Source of the DNA: Veleropilina oligotropha
Taxonomy: Eukaryota
Assembly: GCA_048128005.1 (NCBI GenBank)
Contig: JBEUKZ010000115.1
Location: 434,001 to 498,000 of the forward strand
DNA length: 64,000 bases
Direction of reading: 5' to 3'
Part shown: positions 49,040-62,284 of the stretch, in pieces
Numbering within the stretch: the first letter of the stretch is position 1
Layout: the number at the start of each line of letters is the position of its first letter
Made by a program: the position numbers and the translations under genes
The notes under the pieces: generated by a model
Told to the model about the DNA's origin: nothing
The model's input: the letters and a program-made list of their open reading frames with translations, nothing else
Database searches by the model: none

Positions 49040-50169
49040 CTTGACAGGATGGAAATAGAGAGGACATCATAAAATCATATTTTGACCTGGGGTTTAGTTA
49101 CTTCGAAATACAGTGGTATCAACGCAGAGTACTCGACAGCTTAAGCGTATTTTGAACAATATGGGATTATGGAGAGAAAAAACATGGCTCTGACTTTAAT
49201 TTAGTAATCGATGCAGTGGAAGATGAAATAAAGAATGGTGGAAATGATTTGGATTATCGGTCAATGCATGATATAATAACAAGGAAACATCAGTTAATTG
49301 CTACCAGAATAAATATCCGGATCATTTAAAAGCACATTGACCCAATTGGTGTTCGCAACAGAGGACAAAGAAGGCTACGCAGAAGATCATATCATTCAAA
49401 TGGCCCAAACTATCTCTGGCATATTGATGGATGAGATAAACTAAAGCCCTTCGGTCTTTGCGTGCATGGGTGCATTGCTGGGTATTCACGAAAAGTAATG
49501 TGGTTAGAGGCATCTTCGACTAATAATGATCCATTTGTAATTTGTAAATACTTCTGTAATACAGTTAAAAATGTGAATGGCTTACCCAAAATCATTCGAG
49601 CTGATAAAGGTACTGAAAATGTGAATATTGAAATTGTGCAAACTATCCTCAGAGAGGAAAATGCAGACATAGCAGGTAGATTACAAACAGAGTTTCTATA
49701 TGGCAAGTCAACAGCTAATCAGCGCATCGAGTGTTGGTGGAGCAAGTTTGGAATGTATGGAATGAATACCTGGATTGATCATTTCAAAAGTATGGAACGA
49801 GTTGGCATAATTAGCACGTCTTCTGAACTTGATATTGAGTGTATTCTGTTTTGTTACTTAGGGCTTCTAAAGATGTGTTTGGTTTCATGTTTGAAGATGT
49901 GGAACACACATTATATTCGAAAATCAAGAAACGAACCAACGTATGGAAAACCAGATGTAATGTATTACATGCTTGAACTTTATCGAGGATCAGATTGTTT
50001 AATGGCTTATAACTCTGATGATATGGAAATTTTGGATGCGACTCTTTCCAATAATATCCCGCATGGTCAATCTAATTATCAGGAACTATTTTATTTGGTA
50101 ATGCATGAAAATGGTAAAGAAATGCCAAATAAAGAAATGCCAAATGTACCGCAAAGTTTCTTGACCTAA
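49040..50169 (+). pseudogene. Integrase-core DDE transposase remnant (IS3EU-like)
   Basis: GPNYLWHIDG*DKLKPFG..VHGCIAGYSRKVMWL, IRADKGTEN, GKSTANQRIECWW; stops and frameshifts upstream. Confidence 0.75.
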
Positions 50170-50477
50170 TGGTGACCCGCTTGCAAATGATCCCCAAAAC
50201 GTTTGACCGTGCGGTAGTTATACCCTCTGTTTGTGTCTTTATAATGCATTTCAGATTAACATATGGAAGTGTTTCGCATTGCCGTCTTTGGTTGTTTATA
50301 CTTATTACCTTCGCCCACGTAGTTGTGGGAGAAGATATGGCAATCGGGTCGGTTTGTCTGTCTGTTTGTCCACGATCATATCTCATCAACCATCGATCCG
50401 ATAATATTATATATATATATATATCTATATATACACACACAACTGTAAATGTTGTTTCCTTGCTTCCGAGTGATATT

Positions 50478-52020
50478 TCCATGTATATTTTCCATGACAC
50501 GAAGCAAAATCAGTGCTACTCACCGTGGAGCCGAGTTTTCTTCAGCACGGAGATGGTTAATGTTACACGTGATTAGAAACGTCACACGGGGTCAGGAGCT
50601 AGTCAAAAATAGCCGGACTTTGTAAAGAAAATCGCGGACCTCGAAGTGTCGCCAGCTGAGAAACTGACCTCTTTCGACGTCACAGCCTTCTTTACGAGTA
50701 TACCCGTCAATAAAGCAATCAACATATCCTCTGTGAAAAAGTAAACAACGAGTCATGCCTAACAGATAGATGTGAATTGACTGCCGACCAAGTTTTAGAG
50801 TTGTTGAAAATATGCCTCAACACCACCTACTTCGTCTACAACAAACAATTTTACCAACAGAAACATGGAGCAGCTATTGGATCACCGGTCTCACCCATTG
50901 TGGTCAATCTTTATATGGAGAACTTTGAGGAAGAAGCCCTAAATTCAACCAAGAACCCAATTCCACGTGGTACAGATATATGTCGACGATACCATGGTAA
51001 AAACACACGAGTACGAGGTATCAGAATTGCAACAACACCTAAACAATTGGGATCGATACATCAAGTTTAAGTCGGAAGCAGAGTAGAATGGCATACTACC
51101 CTTTTTGGACACATGCGTTCACGTCAAGGAAGATGGTAGCGCGAAAGTAACGGTCTACATGAAACCAACCCACACAGATGCTGATCAATACCTGAATTTT
51201 GGATCAAACCACCCCCTTGAACACAAAAGATCAGTCTTGCGCACCCTTCTCCACCACGCTGAAAACATTGTCACTGAATCCAACGACAAGAAGAGGGAGA
51301 TCGCCCACATCAAAGATGCCCTAAGAGCTAATGGCTATCCAGATTGGATATTACGAGCCCAAAGGAAGTGCCCCAAGGACCAGGGTGAAAACAAGAAAGG
51401 AGACAGGCACAAGGTCAACATCGGTATGCCATAGATCCGAGCCACTTCGGAGAAATTAAGGCGAATTTTCCAAAACCACTGAGTCAATGTATACCACCAA
51501 CCAGTCAACACTCTACGGTCCCTCCTAGTACATCCAAAGGATGTCAATGACCATCTGAAATCGAGTGGCGTAGTTTATAACATCCAATGTGAGGACTGTG
51601 ACAACAGCTACATGGGCAAAACTGCCAGAGCGCTGGGCATCCGAGTAACACCGAAAACTACAAAGCTCCGCCATAAGAGTACACTGCGACCGATCAGGAC
51701 ATCAGATCATAAGAGTACACCGCGACCGATCAGGACATCAGATCAATCCAAACAACATAAAAATACTCGACAGGGAAGACAACACCATCAAAAGAAGAGA
51801 GAAGGAAACCATACACATCAAAATGCGAAAAACAACTACCAACCGTGACGGGAGATACGAGATTCCGGCTATTTTTGACCAGCTCCTGACCCCGTGTGAC
51901 GTTTCTAGTCACGTGTAACATTAACCATCTCAGTGCTGAAGAAAACTCGGCGACGGAGTTGAAAGCTCCACGGTGAGTAACACTGATTTTGCTTCGTGAC
52001 ATGGAAAATATACATGGATA
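50478..52020 (+). mobile_element. 5'-truncated Penelope-like element (RT + GIY-YIG) with inverted pLTR
   Basis: SFDVTAFFTSIP, GAAIGSPVSPIV.NLYME.FE, YVDDT, GVVYNIQCEDCDNSYMGKT; 50478-50617 is the reverse complement of about 51863-52019. Confidence 0.9.
51933..51971 (+). ncRNA. Minimal hammerhead ribozyme motif in Penelope pLTR
   Basis: gtg-CTGAAGA-aAACTC..GAGTT-GAAA-gctc-cac with palindromic AGCT stem III. Confidence 0.7.
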
Positions 52021-54545
52021 TATAATTATATATATCAATCAATCAATGAAAATAATTTATTTACCCAGTGTAGAGATGCAAAACGGTACAATTATAAAGT
52101 GATACATGATATAAAATAAGTTATCAGTTATCATACATAAACTATAATTGATTAAAAAAATACACGGCAGGGAGACCCGTCAAGGAAACTCCAAAGGGCT
52201 TATTGAGTGACGGGCTACCCGTATATATAAATATACATGAATAAATATACTAGTACATAAATATGCATGCAACATACATACTTAATATATACACATCTAT
52301 ATATATATATTTTTACAGTAATATTGAAATTAAAGCCATAGTGAATACATCTTGTGTGCGTGGCATAAAATTAATGTGATATATATATTAATATATTATT
52401 ACTTTTAAATTTATGATGAAAAGTGGATAAAAAGATAGAGTAGACCCATTAACTGACCACTATGTATAGTAAACATATTTTCATTTAAATTCATATGATT
52501 TGCCCAAGTATTGATATAAAGATATTTGTTAATTAATATTTTCTTACATGCTCGTTGAAATATATTTAGAGAGAGAGAATGCTTTAGAGTCTCTGGTAAT
52601 GCGTTCCATAATTTTGGTCAAGTAACTTTAATTAAATGTTTTTCTTATGTTTGTATGGTAAATGTGAGCATGGTAATGTTTTTAGATCGAGTGAAATGAT
52701 CATATATTTCATTATTTTGATAGAAATATTCGTGAAAACAGGGGGGGGGGGTAATAGATGTGTGTGGTATGAAAACATGAATATGGCCTGCTGTAATCTA
52801 TTTAGGTCAAATATTGTAAGTGCATTCATTTTATGGAATATGGTATTTGTATTTGCAGAAAAATGTGAACGATTTATGATTCGTATAGCACGTTTTTGTA
52901 TCCGAAAGAGCTTGGATAGGCGTGAAGGATAAGTGCTTCCCCATATGACATTGCAGTGGCATAGATATGGTAATATTAAAGTGCAATATAATGTTCGCAG
53001 GATTTCAGTAGGTACTTCATTCTTTAGTCTGTTAATTGTACCTGAATTTTTTTATACTTTATTGATTATAGTTGAAATATGAGTACTCCAGTTAAGATTT
53101 TCATCAACCTGAACTCCGAGGAATTTGGCTGTTGAAACTCTCGTAATAACAGTATCGTCTATGCTAATGTGATAATTATCTGTTGAGTATCTTCTGTTGT
53201 TGGTGGAAAATAGTATATAATTTGTCTTTTTTATATTTAGCGATAATTTGTTTGCTTTAAACCATGTGGCTAATGTTTTTAATTCATAATTAATTGCAGT
53301 AAACAATGTTTCAAGATTATTATGTGAATAGCAGATACTTCGTCGGCAAATAGTAAGCTTGAAGTATTACACATATCATAATAATAACGGTCCAAGAATT
53401 GATCCCTGGGGAACTCCACACTTGATCGTATTGCTAGATGATTTGCCTTGACCATATATCACGTATTGCTTTCTATTACTCAAATAACTTTTAAACCATT
53501 CAAGTTGTGTTCCACGTATACCGTAATGCTGAAGTTTTCTCAGCATTATGGAATGATCAATTGTATCAAACGCCTTAGAAAGGTCGATAAAAATACCAGC
53601 AGTGAATTCTTTTTTGTCAATGCTTAGTGAAATGTTTTCAATTAATTCTAGTAGGGCCATATAAGTTGAGTGGTTTGATCTAAATCCATATTGATGTTTA
53701 TGTAGTATGTTGTGTTTCTTAATGTACTTCATTAATCTATCATATACTAATCTTTCAAGTATTTTGAAAAAATACGGCAGTACCGATATTGGTCTATAGT
53801 TTTAAAATATCTTATTATCTCCATTTTTAAATATTGGTTTAACCTTTGCAATTTTAAGTTGATCAGGAACAATACCATCAATAAGGGATACCATCAATAA
53901 GGGATAAGTTGAACACATGCGCTAGAGGTCACTAATGGTTGGCAATACTTGTTTAATTATTGATGCCGATATATCGTCGTGTCCGCTGCTTTTCCGGTTT
54001 TTCAAGCGCATGCCTAGATTTTGTATTTCATTTTTGTCCATAGGGAATAAATAAAATGAATCTTTGTATTGTCCCTTCAAATATGTGGAAAAGGATTGTG
54101 ATGCGTCTGGAATTTTCGAAGCTAGCGTTGGTCCAATATTTGTAAAGTACTCATTAAATGTATGACTGATATATTTTGGATTTGCTTTAATGGAATCGTT
54201 ATGTTTGAATGTTTTCAGGTTTTTCTTAATTTTTGTGTAAAATCCGTTTTATTTCTTTCCATGTATTGTTTTGCAAGTTCGAAACGCTCAGCATTAGTTT
54301 TGGATTTGGAGATTCGTATTAGATGTGTAAGTTTGTTCTTGTATGGTATATATTTTTCCCGACTTGATTTTGTCCTCTTTTTTAAATATTCTCTATATAA
54401 CTTATTTTTGCGGTTCGATGATATAATTAGGCCATTGGTCATGTAGGGTTTAGAATCCTTTCTGTAAGTTTTGTATTTTATTTTTTTCAGAGGTATATAA
54501 TGATTGCAAATAGTAGAAAATGTATCTGTAAATGTTTGATATGCT

Positions 54546-55941
54546 TTATTACCCTCTACTCAGGAGGAGAGGCGAGGGTATTGCATTCGGTTCCGTATGT
54601 ATGTATGTCCGTATGTTTGTATATTTGTATATATGTCCTTTTGTATGTATGTCTATTCGGACAACTCGAAAACAATTGATCGGATATGCTTGAAATTTTT
54701 ACACAAGGTAGTGTTTCTCCCTGGCTCGGTCCTCCTGGAAGATGATCCGGATTTTATGACGCAATATCCGGTTTACAGGTTTTCGGCTGTAGCGTTAAAA
54801 CGCTTCATCGTACAAACATCAAAATAGGCTCAAAATGTTCTTTAGATCAGGGGCCAATGACAACGTGAATTATATAGAATCTATATCACACAAGATGGCC
54901 GCCAGGGGGACTTAAAATTTAAAAAATAGGGGGTCAATTTGTAATTTCGCCAAATCGAATTAAATTAGGTAAATTCGTTATGCAAATAATAGTCATAAAT
55001 GATATTGAGATCAGCAAAAATATTTATAAAAAAATGTGAAATGTGAACTTTATAAGCATTTTAGACAAGAACCAACGCAAATTGAAAATAAATGCCGTAA
55101 ATATGTAACCAATGAAACCAGACACCTCAAATTTTACCAAGTGACAGAGTGGGACATTATCTACAACTCTTATCGATATACTTTATGTGTTTGAGCGAAT
55201 TTGTAGCAATAATTTTTTGTTCCGAAAGCAAAATCGTCGAGACGTTGCGATATTTGTGATAGCTCTTTAAATACTGCTAACGCCGTAAAAATTTCAGGTA
55301 TATCGCTTTAGTAACTATTGAGTTATTGCGTTAAGTATTGTCAACTTCGGCAAAATTTGCAAATACAAAAATGTAACACCAAAAATATAAATAGTCTAAA
55401 TTAGGGGTAGTAATTCGACTGTCTCTATGGCGTAATCGGTTAAGGAGTTGGCGAAAGATCTAGAGGTAAGGGATTCCATTCCAGTTACCTCCAAAATAAT
55501 TTATTATTATTTTTTAAATTTAATGCTAATACTGTGATATAATTAACATCTCTAAGCATTGATACGGTAATCGACCTTTCCTGAATATTTCAGGTATTTC
55601 GCTTAACTATTGTCTTATAGCGAGTTATAAACTTCGGCAAAATTTGCAAATACAAAAATGTAACACCAAATATAAATAGCCTAAATTAGCCGTAGTAATT
55701 CGACTGTGTGTATGGCGCTAACGGTTAAGGCGTTGGCGAAAGGTCTCGAGGTCAGGGGTTCGATTCCCGTTAACTCCAAAATACAAATTTTATTCCTTAT
55801 TTTTTTATAATTTGTGATTACATTTTATGATTATAATTCATGTTTTGTTTAGAAATATTGATGGTAGACATTTCTGACTTTCACTATCGTCTTCCTTGGC
55901 CCCGTGACGAGGGTTTGCAATCTCCTCTGATTGCTCTTGTT
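54546..55941 (+). mobile_element. Helentron-like non-autonomous element inserted in the LINE
   Basis: 5' TTATTACCCTC..GAGGGTAT, (ATGT)n tract, 3' GAGGGTTT plus hairpin GCAATC-tcctct-GATTGC and TCTTGTT; LINE sequence resumes on both sides. Confidence 0.7.
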
Positions 55942-57430
55942 TGTGTTTGGTATAGAGAGTACATGCTCCCATTCGTGAGTGAGTAATGCATGTTTTAGTT
56001 TTTCAACGTTTTCTTTGGTATTTTGGCGTCTATATATACTAGTAAATGGTTCCTTTTTAGGAACATTTATATGTAGGTCCACCATAAGAAAAATAGGTAA
56101 ATGATTAATCATATTTGTGAAAAGTATATCAATTAAAGTCGCAGTGGTATCGGTGATCCGCGTGGGTTTTGTTATAGTAGGGTAAAGGGAATGTGTGTGA
56201 GCATTGTATTGATAAAATTATCTGTATGCGTATGATTTTCACAGTTCAATATGTTGAAATTAAAATCTCCTGACATGATGACAGATTTATTCTCCTTATC
56301 GATTAATGTAAGTTGAGTTGCGACACTATCTAAGAAATATTGTGCATCATAGTTAGGTGGCCGGTAAACAATACCGTATATAATATTCTTCGAATGTTTC
56401 TGTTCAATCTCTATGTACAATGATTCAATGTTGTTTTGAAGTATATTAATATCATTTCTAATTTTATACTGAATATCATTTTTTTATATATAATCCAACG
56501 CTGCCTCCAGTTTTATTTAATCGTGAATTCGTGATAAGGGAATAATTTTCAATAGAATATAACTGTGTGTCTTCATTAATGTCTGTTCACGTTTCCGATA
56601 GAGCAATGATAGAAAACGTATGTTTTATAAGAGACAGATATATTCGCTCAATTTGTTGAAATTCTTTTTTAAACTTCTGCAATTAATATGTAACGTGCTA
56701 AAATTGTTTGCTTTTATACTATTTGCGAGATTATTGAATTCTTCTTCAATCATATATTTTGATTGTAACTTTGTTTTTGCAGTATTAAAATAATTAAAAT
56801 CAGGATCAATGTCCGGACAGTTGATTAAAAACTTATCGTTGTCGTTATCTTCAAACAGATTAAAGTTTACGTCAAGTAGGGGTAATTTGTTCAAACTGGA
56901 GCCGCCGTGGAGGTTTTCAAGAAGAGCAATGTAAAATTCAACATCTTTTCAATACAGTTATAGGAAAATAAATGTGTTAAACATATTCTACAAATGTAGA
57001 AGCTATCATCATTGTTTGGTATGGATTTCACGTGAGTCATACACTGACATTGAGCACAATATACATATGTTTGATTTTTAGTTATTACTTTCAAACAGGT
57101 TGGGCATTTGGTTTTGGTACAATTGGGCATACTAATTATCAGTTAGAGAAAAGAAAAAACAACAATTAAGAAGATAGTTTGGAAATAAACAGTTGAGAAA
57201 TAAAGTAACTATAATATTATGTTACTTTGAATATAGTTAACATAAGAGGTATGGTGGAAGATACTCAGTTAATCAGCATTATGTGCAAGTAAATTTGATG
57301 TTAACTTGATACGTTTGTCTATTGTTCACTGCTTGATAACTTTATCAATGTGACATCCAATGTAGAGACGGTGTTTTCTCCCGTTCCTGGCCTGCGCTAT
57401 AACCTTTCCATTCACAAACCAAGCATCTTG

Positions 57431-57938
57431 CAGGCGCGGATCCAGGAATTTTGCTTAGGGGGGCTCTGAATTTACTATCAACTGTTCGCGTGGGGGCGGT
57501 GCCCCATGCGAAAGAAAATTTTGACAATCAACAGCCTGAAACCCCCTCTCCTGCGCTCTGACAGGGCAAAAGCGATATTTCTTACCAACATTTATTAACC
57601 ATTTTCACTAAAATGTATGAGTATTTTTTCACAATCTAACACATTTCTGCTTTCAAACGTGAGGTCCAGACTGCCTGTACCCCCAGAAAAGTCGGGCCCC
57701 ACGCGCAAGAAAATTTTGACAATTAACGGTGTGAAATCCCCCACCTCCTGCATTATTACATTGCAAAAGCTAATAGTAATACAATTCAACTTTAGTATAT
57801 TGGGGTAGGCCTATTTATAATGTTCTGAAAGTCATTTGTATCAGATTACACATATTATTTTAGTATGCTTGACCAGCTTTAGGGGGGGGGGGCGGCGCGC
57901 CGGGTGCCACCCCCCCCCCCCCCCTGGTTCCGCGCCTG
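57431..57938. mobile_element. hAT-like MITE with 5-bp TSD
   Basis: TIR CAGGCGCGGATCCAGG / CCTGGTTCCGCGCCTG, TSD TCTTG. Confidence 0.85.
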
Positions 57939-58506
57939 TCTTGGATGTTATCGTTGTGCTTTGCTCGGTTTAGCAGCTTCAGGTTGGCAGACGTCATGTC
58001 GTCGGCAATGCCGATGTGCGTCCCTTTTAACTTACGTCGGTTAGTCATGACGGCTTCTTTCGAAAGGCGATGAAGCAAGCGAGCGATAATTGCACGGTGT
58101 TTGTCATTAACCTGACGTCCGACACGGTGAGCTGCATCTATTTCGTCAGCTGTGAGGTTAAAGGATTTGTGAACCAAAACTCATAATATAGGCGAAATTT
58201 CACTATACGGCATATTCCTATCATATTATTTGTTCTGTTAGTCTTTCACGGGTGTCCGTGTTTGTTGTAAGCTGACCTGGCGAAATTTCAGTTCAGTTCA
58301 GTTTATTTTGCCATAAATATTACACAAAATTTTACATATAATGAATACAATGAAATAAATATGTGTACTGCTATAATGATAAATGAATATATGGGCACGG
58401 ACATCTGCCATGAAACCCCTAGGGGCTTATATTTAAGGCAGACCGCCTTGAACAATAGATAAAACAGATGAAGTAATGTGTGTCGTAGATAGAGCCTATA
58501 AGCAGT

Positions 58507-58610
58507 GGTGTGAGTGTGGATGCGTGTCTGAGTGTGTGTATGTGTGTGTGTGTGCGTGCGTGTGTGCGTGCGTGTGTGTGAGAGTGTGTATGTGTTTGTG
58601 TGTGAGAGAG
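58507..58610. repeat. Imperfect (GT)n microsatellite
   Basis: Directly visible. Confidence 0.85.
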
Positions 58611-58869
58611 AATGATTTCTACAATGAATGATAGTAAACATAAATTACCATATATAATCATAGTAATCATAGTAAATTGAGATAAACTTTTCAAGAACAA
58701 CATATCAACAAATCAATATATATATAAACGAGTAATCATAATAATTAAGATAAACATTTCAAGAACAATCAGACTAACAATATGACTCATATGGCAAATT
58801 GTTATGGACAAACGTTGAAGTATCATGCTGATAAATTAGATAAAGTGATAGTCCCATGTATTTTGGATC

Positions 58870-61800
58870 GTTAATTTCAATTTTCTTTTGAAAGAGTGGA
58901 GCGTAGAACATGATTTTGTTGTGTTGTCAAGCGAGTTCCATAGAATAGGACCTCTATACTTAATTGAAAATTGTCTCGCTTTCGTTCGTGTGCGTATCAT
59001 GTGATAATTACTTTAGATTCTGGTATTGTAGTTATGAACCTGGCTATTGAAACGGAAATAATTGTCAAAATTTGATGGGAGTAAGTTATGATGGAACGAA
59101 TACATGAAAGATGCTACTTGCAATTTGTTGATGTCAAAAACAGTAAGTAATCCTAGTTTATTGAAGAGTGAGCTTGTGTGAGTTCTTGCTGGGGAATTAG
59201 CTATCACACGTATGGCTCTTTTTTGAAGTTTGAATAATTTATTAAGTCTAGTTTGATGCCCATATAATGTTACAATAAGATAAGTAAGGTAGTATCATTG
59301 TGGAGTATAACATGCGCAACGTATCTGTTGGAATATCATATTTCAATCTGTTGATGACGCCTATGTTCTTTGAGATCTTTTGGGATAATTCTGTAATGTG
59401 ATGATTCCATGAAAGTTTATTATCTATGTTTAGGCCTAAAAATTTTATTCCTTCCACTTGTTCAATTTTTAGCGATTGTTGTTTTGATATATTCTTATTG
59501 GTGAAAACCATAAAAAAATTTTTATGTTAAGCGAAAGTTTGTTACTTTGAACCAGATAGAAAGGAGTTCTAGTTCCTTATTTAGTGTGTTCATTAATGTA
59601 TTTATATTTTTGTGAGAATATAAGATATTAGTGTCATCTGCAAACAATATGAAGTGGAGAATATTCGAAGAGTTGCACATGTCATTGACATATAATAAAA
59701 ATAGAAGGGGTCATAGAATTGATCCCTGTGGGACTCCGCATTTTATAGTTTTTGTGTCTGAGATTGAATTTTTAGATTATACGTATTGCTGTCTGTCAGT
59801 TAAATAGTTTTCAAACCAGGTTAGCTGATTACCACGGATACCATAAAATTCTAGTTTTTTTAGAAGAATACTGTGGTTGATGGTGTCGAAAGCCTTTGAT
59901 AGATCGATAAATACGCCCACAGTATTTTCTTTATTGTCAGATGATGCTGTTATCTGATCTATTAATTCGATTATTGCCATGCTTGTGGAATGTTTCGACC
60001 TGAATCCGTATTGATTCTTGTAGAGAATATTATATTTCGACAGGTAATTAATTAATCTATTATAAATAAGACGTTCAAAGATTTTTGAGAAGCAGGGTAG
60101 AACTGATATTGGTTTGTAGTTAAAGAAGAGTTGGTGGTCACCACTTTTATAGATTGGTATGATTTTTGCAATTTTAAAATCTTTTGGGACTATACTTGTC
60201 ATAAAAGACATGTTAAATATATGTGATAAATCCTTGGCTATACTTGGTATAATGCTCTTTACTACAGCTGGTGCTATGTCATCATGACCTGGACTTTAAT
60301 CATTTTTGTCTCGCCCCGAAGGGAAAGCGAGACTTAGGGATTACATTTTCCGGCGTCGTCGGCGTCGTGTCATTTTCGGTTAAAGTTTGTTCGGTTAAAG
60401 TTTTTCATTGAATGGAATTTCCTGATACATTGATATATATATTTAAAGGGCGAGACATATCGGACCGTGGTTCTTGTTAAATTTCAAACCGATATTTATG
60501 ATTTCTTCTGCATTTGTCGGGGTAAAGAAAATTGAGTCAATGAAATTTCCTTTCATGAATTTGAGGAAATTTTCTGAAACTTTTGGTATTTTTGAAGAGA
60601 GATCGCGGCCAATATTGATAAAATAATTATTAAATTTATTATTTATATCACCTGGATCTGTGGTTATTTTGGAATCCTTTGTGAATTGATTTGGTATGGA
60701 GCTTTTCTTTGGAGATTTGTTTAATATCGTATGTATGTCTTTCCATGTTTTCTTTATGTCAGATTTCGCGGCTTTCAAGATATCTGAGTAGTATGTTTTT
60801 TTAGCTATTCGGAGAATGTGGGTAAGCTTATTTTTATATAATTTATATTTTTGTTGATTTTGAGAAGTGGGATCTTTTAAGTACTTTCTATATAGCCTGT
60901 GTTTTTGTCTAGTTGAAGTTAATATTCCATTTGATATGTAGCACTTATGATTTCCATTCGTAATCTTTACTCGAATTTTTGGAAAGTGCTTGTCGTACAG
61001 TCTTTTGAAGTCAGTCATGAATTTTTTGTAAGCACGATTCGGATCCGTGACGTTGTATATATTCCAGGTTTGTTTGAGTAAGTCTTCTTTGAATTGGCTG
61101 ATACTTATGTCATTAATTTTTCGCTTATATGTGAATACTACCTTTTTGCATTCCTTTGTTAATTGTAAAATGTAGAAGATAGGTAAGTGATCAGAAATAT
61201 CAGATATCAATATGCCACTCATAAATTGGCAATCTGATATATTAGTAAAGATATTATCAATCAGCGTTGTTGTTGATTCCGTTATTCTAGTTGGTTTATT
61301 TATAGTGCGAATTAGCGAGCTTGCTATCATGTGATTTATAAATGTTTCAGTATCTGCATGATCGGAGAATCTCAGAAGGTTCAAGTTGAAATCTCCTGCT
61401 ATAAGTATATGCTTCCTTTCTTTGTTGATTATATCAAGATGTTTGTTAAAAGTGTCTTGGAAAGTTTGTATGTTTTGATTTTGGCGGTATGTAAGTGACA
61501 CCGATTATAATGTTTTTATTACTCTCCTGTAAAATTTCAATAAGCATAGTTTCAATACTAGGATCGCTGATAATGAGCTCGTCGCGGATTTTGTAGTTTA
61601 AACTCCTCCACCCTTTTTTGCGTTTCGAGAATTTGTTATGAGTTCATATCCAGGTAGTCCAAAATAGTTATTGTTGTTGTTGTCATCGCTTAACCATGTG
61701 TTCACAAATCCTTTAACACCCAATTTGTCGTTGAAAAGTTGTAGTACTTCTTTTCTGCAGTCTTCAGGCATGCCGAACACACGCACACACTGCTTGCGAG

Positions 61801-62260
61801 AGTATTGTTCAAGCTCATTGCATTGGTTCCGTAGGTGGCAAACGTCTCGCTCTAGTGACTCGATATTTTCACTTTTCATTAAAATTATCTTTTCGAGATC
61901 TTCTATTTTTTCTGCTAGAATTTCGTTGTTATATCAATTTGTCAACTCTTATACGTATAATCTCATCGACTTCTTTCTTGAGAGACTGGAGCACCGAATT
62001 TACAGCTGTTTCACATGCGTTTTGTACAATCTTACGTATCGATTCCTCAGTAATATAAAATCCCTTAGTTTTAGAAGTTTCCTCTTCTGCAGTCAGATAA
62101 TTCTTCGAAGAAGTTTCCAATATATATAGAAATAATACTAGATGAGGCGTTCTGTGATTTGTCCTTGGAGGTTCCCTGACGTATAGATTTGGCTGCTTTT
62201 TAGTTGAGGATTTGGGCATGGTTGTCGATCTTTATTCACAAGTTCGTTTTTTGCATTGTT
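58870..62260 (-). mobile_element. Second decayed CR1/L2-group LINE
   Basis: ORF1 remnant NELEQYSRK..VRVFG; AGDFNLNLL, PTRIT, IDNIF, ISDHLPI; DLSKAFDTI, GVPQGSIL, FADDT; stops and deletions. Confidence 0.9.
60303..60478 (+). mobile_element. Short Helentron-like element (family of 22972-23320) inserted in the LINE
   Basis: Both termini near-identical to 22972-23320, internally deleted. Confidence 0.75.
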
Positions 62261-62284
62261 AAGTACATTTTTCATATAAATTCA

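Larger units (their letters stand above)
52500..58180 (-). mobile_element. Decayed CR1/L2-group LINE (ORF1 remnant, PHD-like, APE endonuclease, RT)
   Basis: EIDAAHRVG..IIAR (ORF1), CPTC..CAQC, LHINCRSL, YRPP, GDFN, DLSKAFDTI, GVPQGSILGPLL; many frameshifts; two nested insertions. Confidence 0.88.

Noticed and set aside
55705..55778. Functional tRNA gene
   Set aside because: A and B boxes are present but the acceptor and anticodon stems do not pair convincingly; lies inside a repeat.
60443..60478. C-terminus NHGPICLAL of the 352-aa ORF
   Set aside because: Contributed by the inserted Helentron-like element, not by LINE ORF2.
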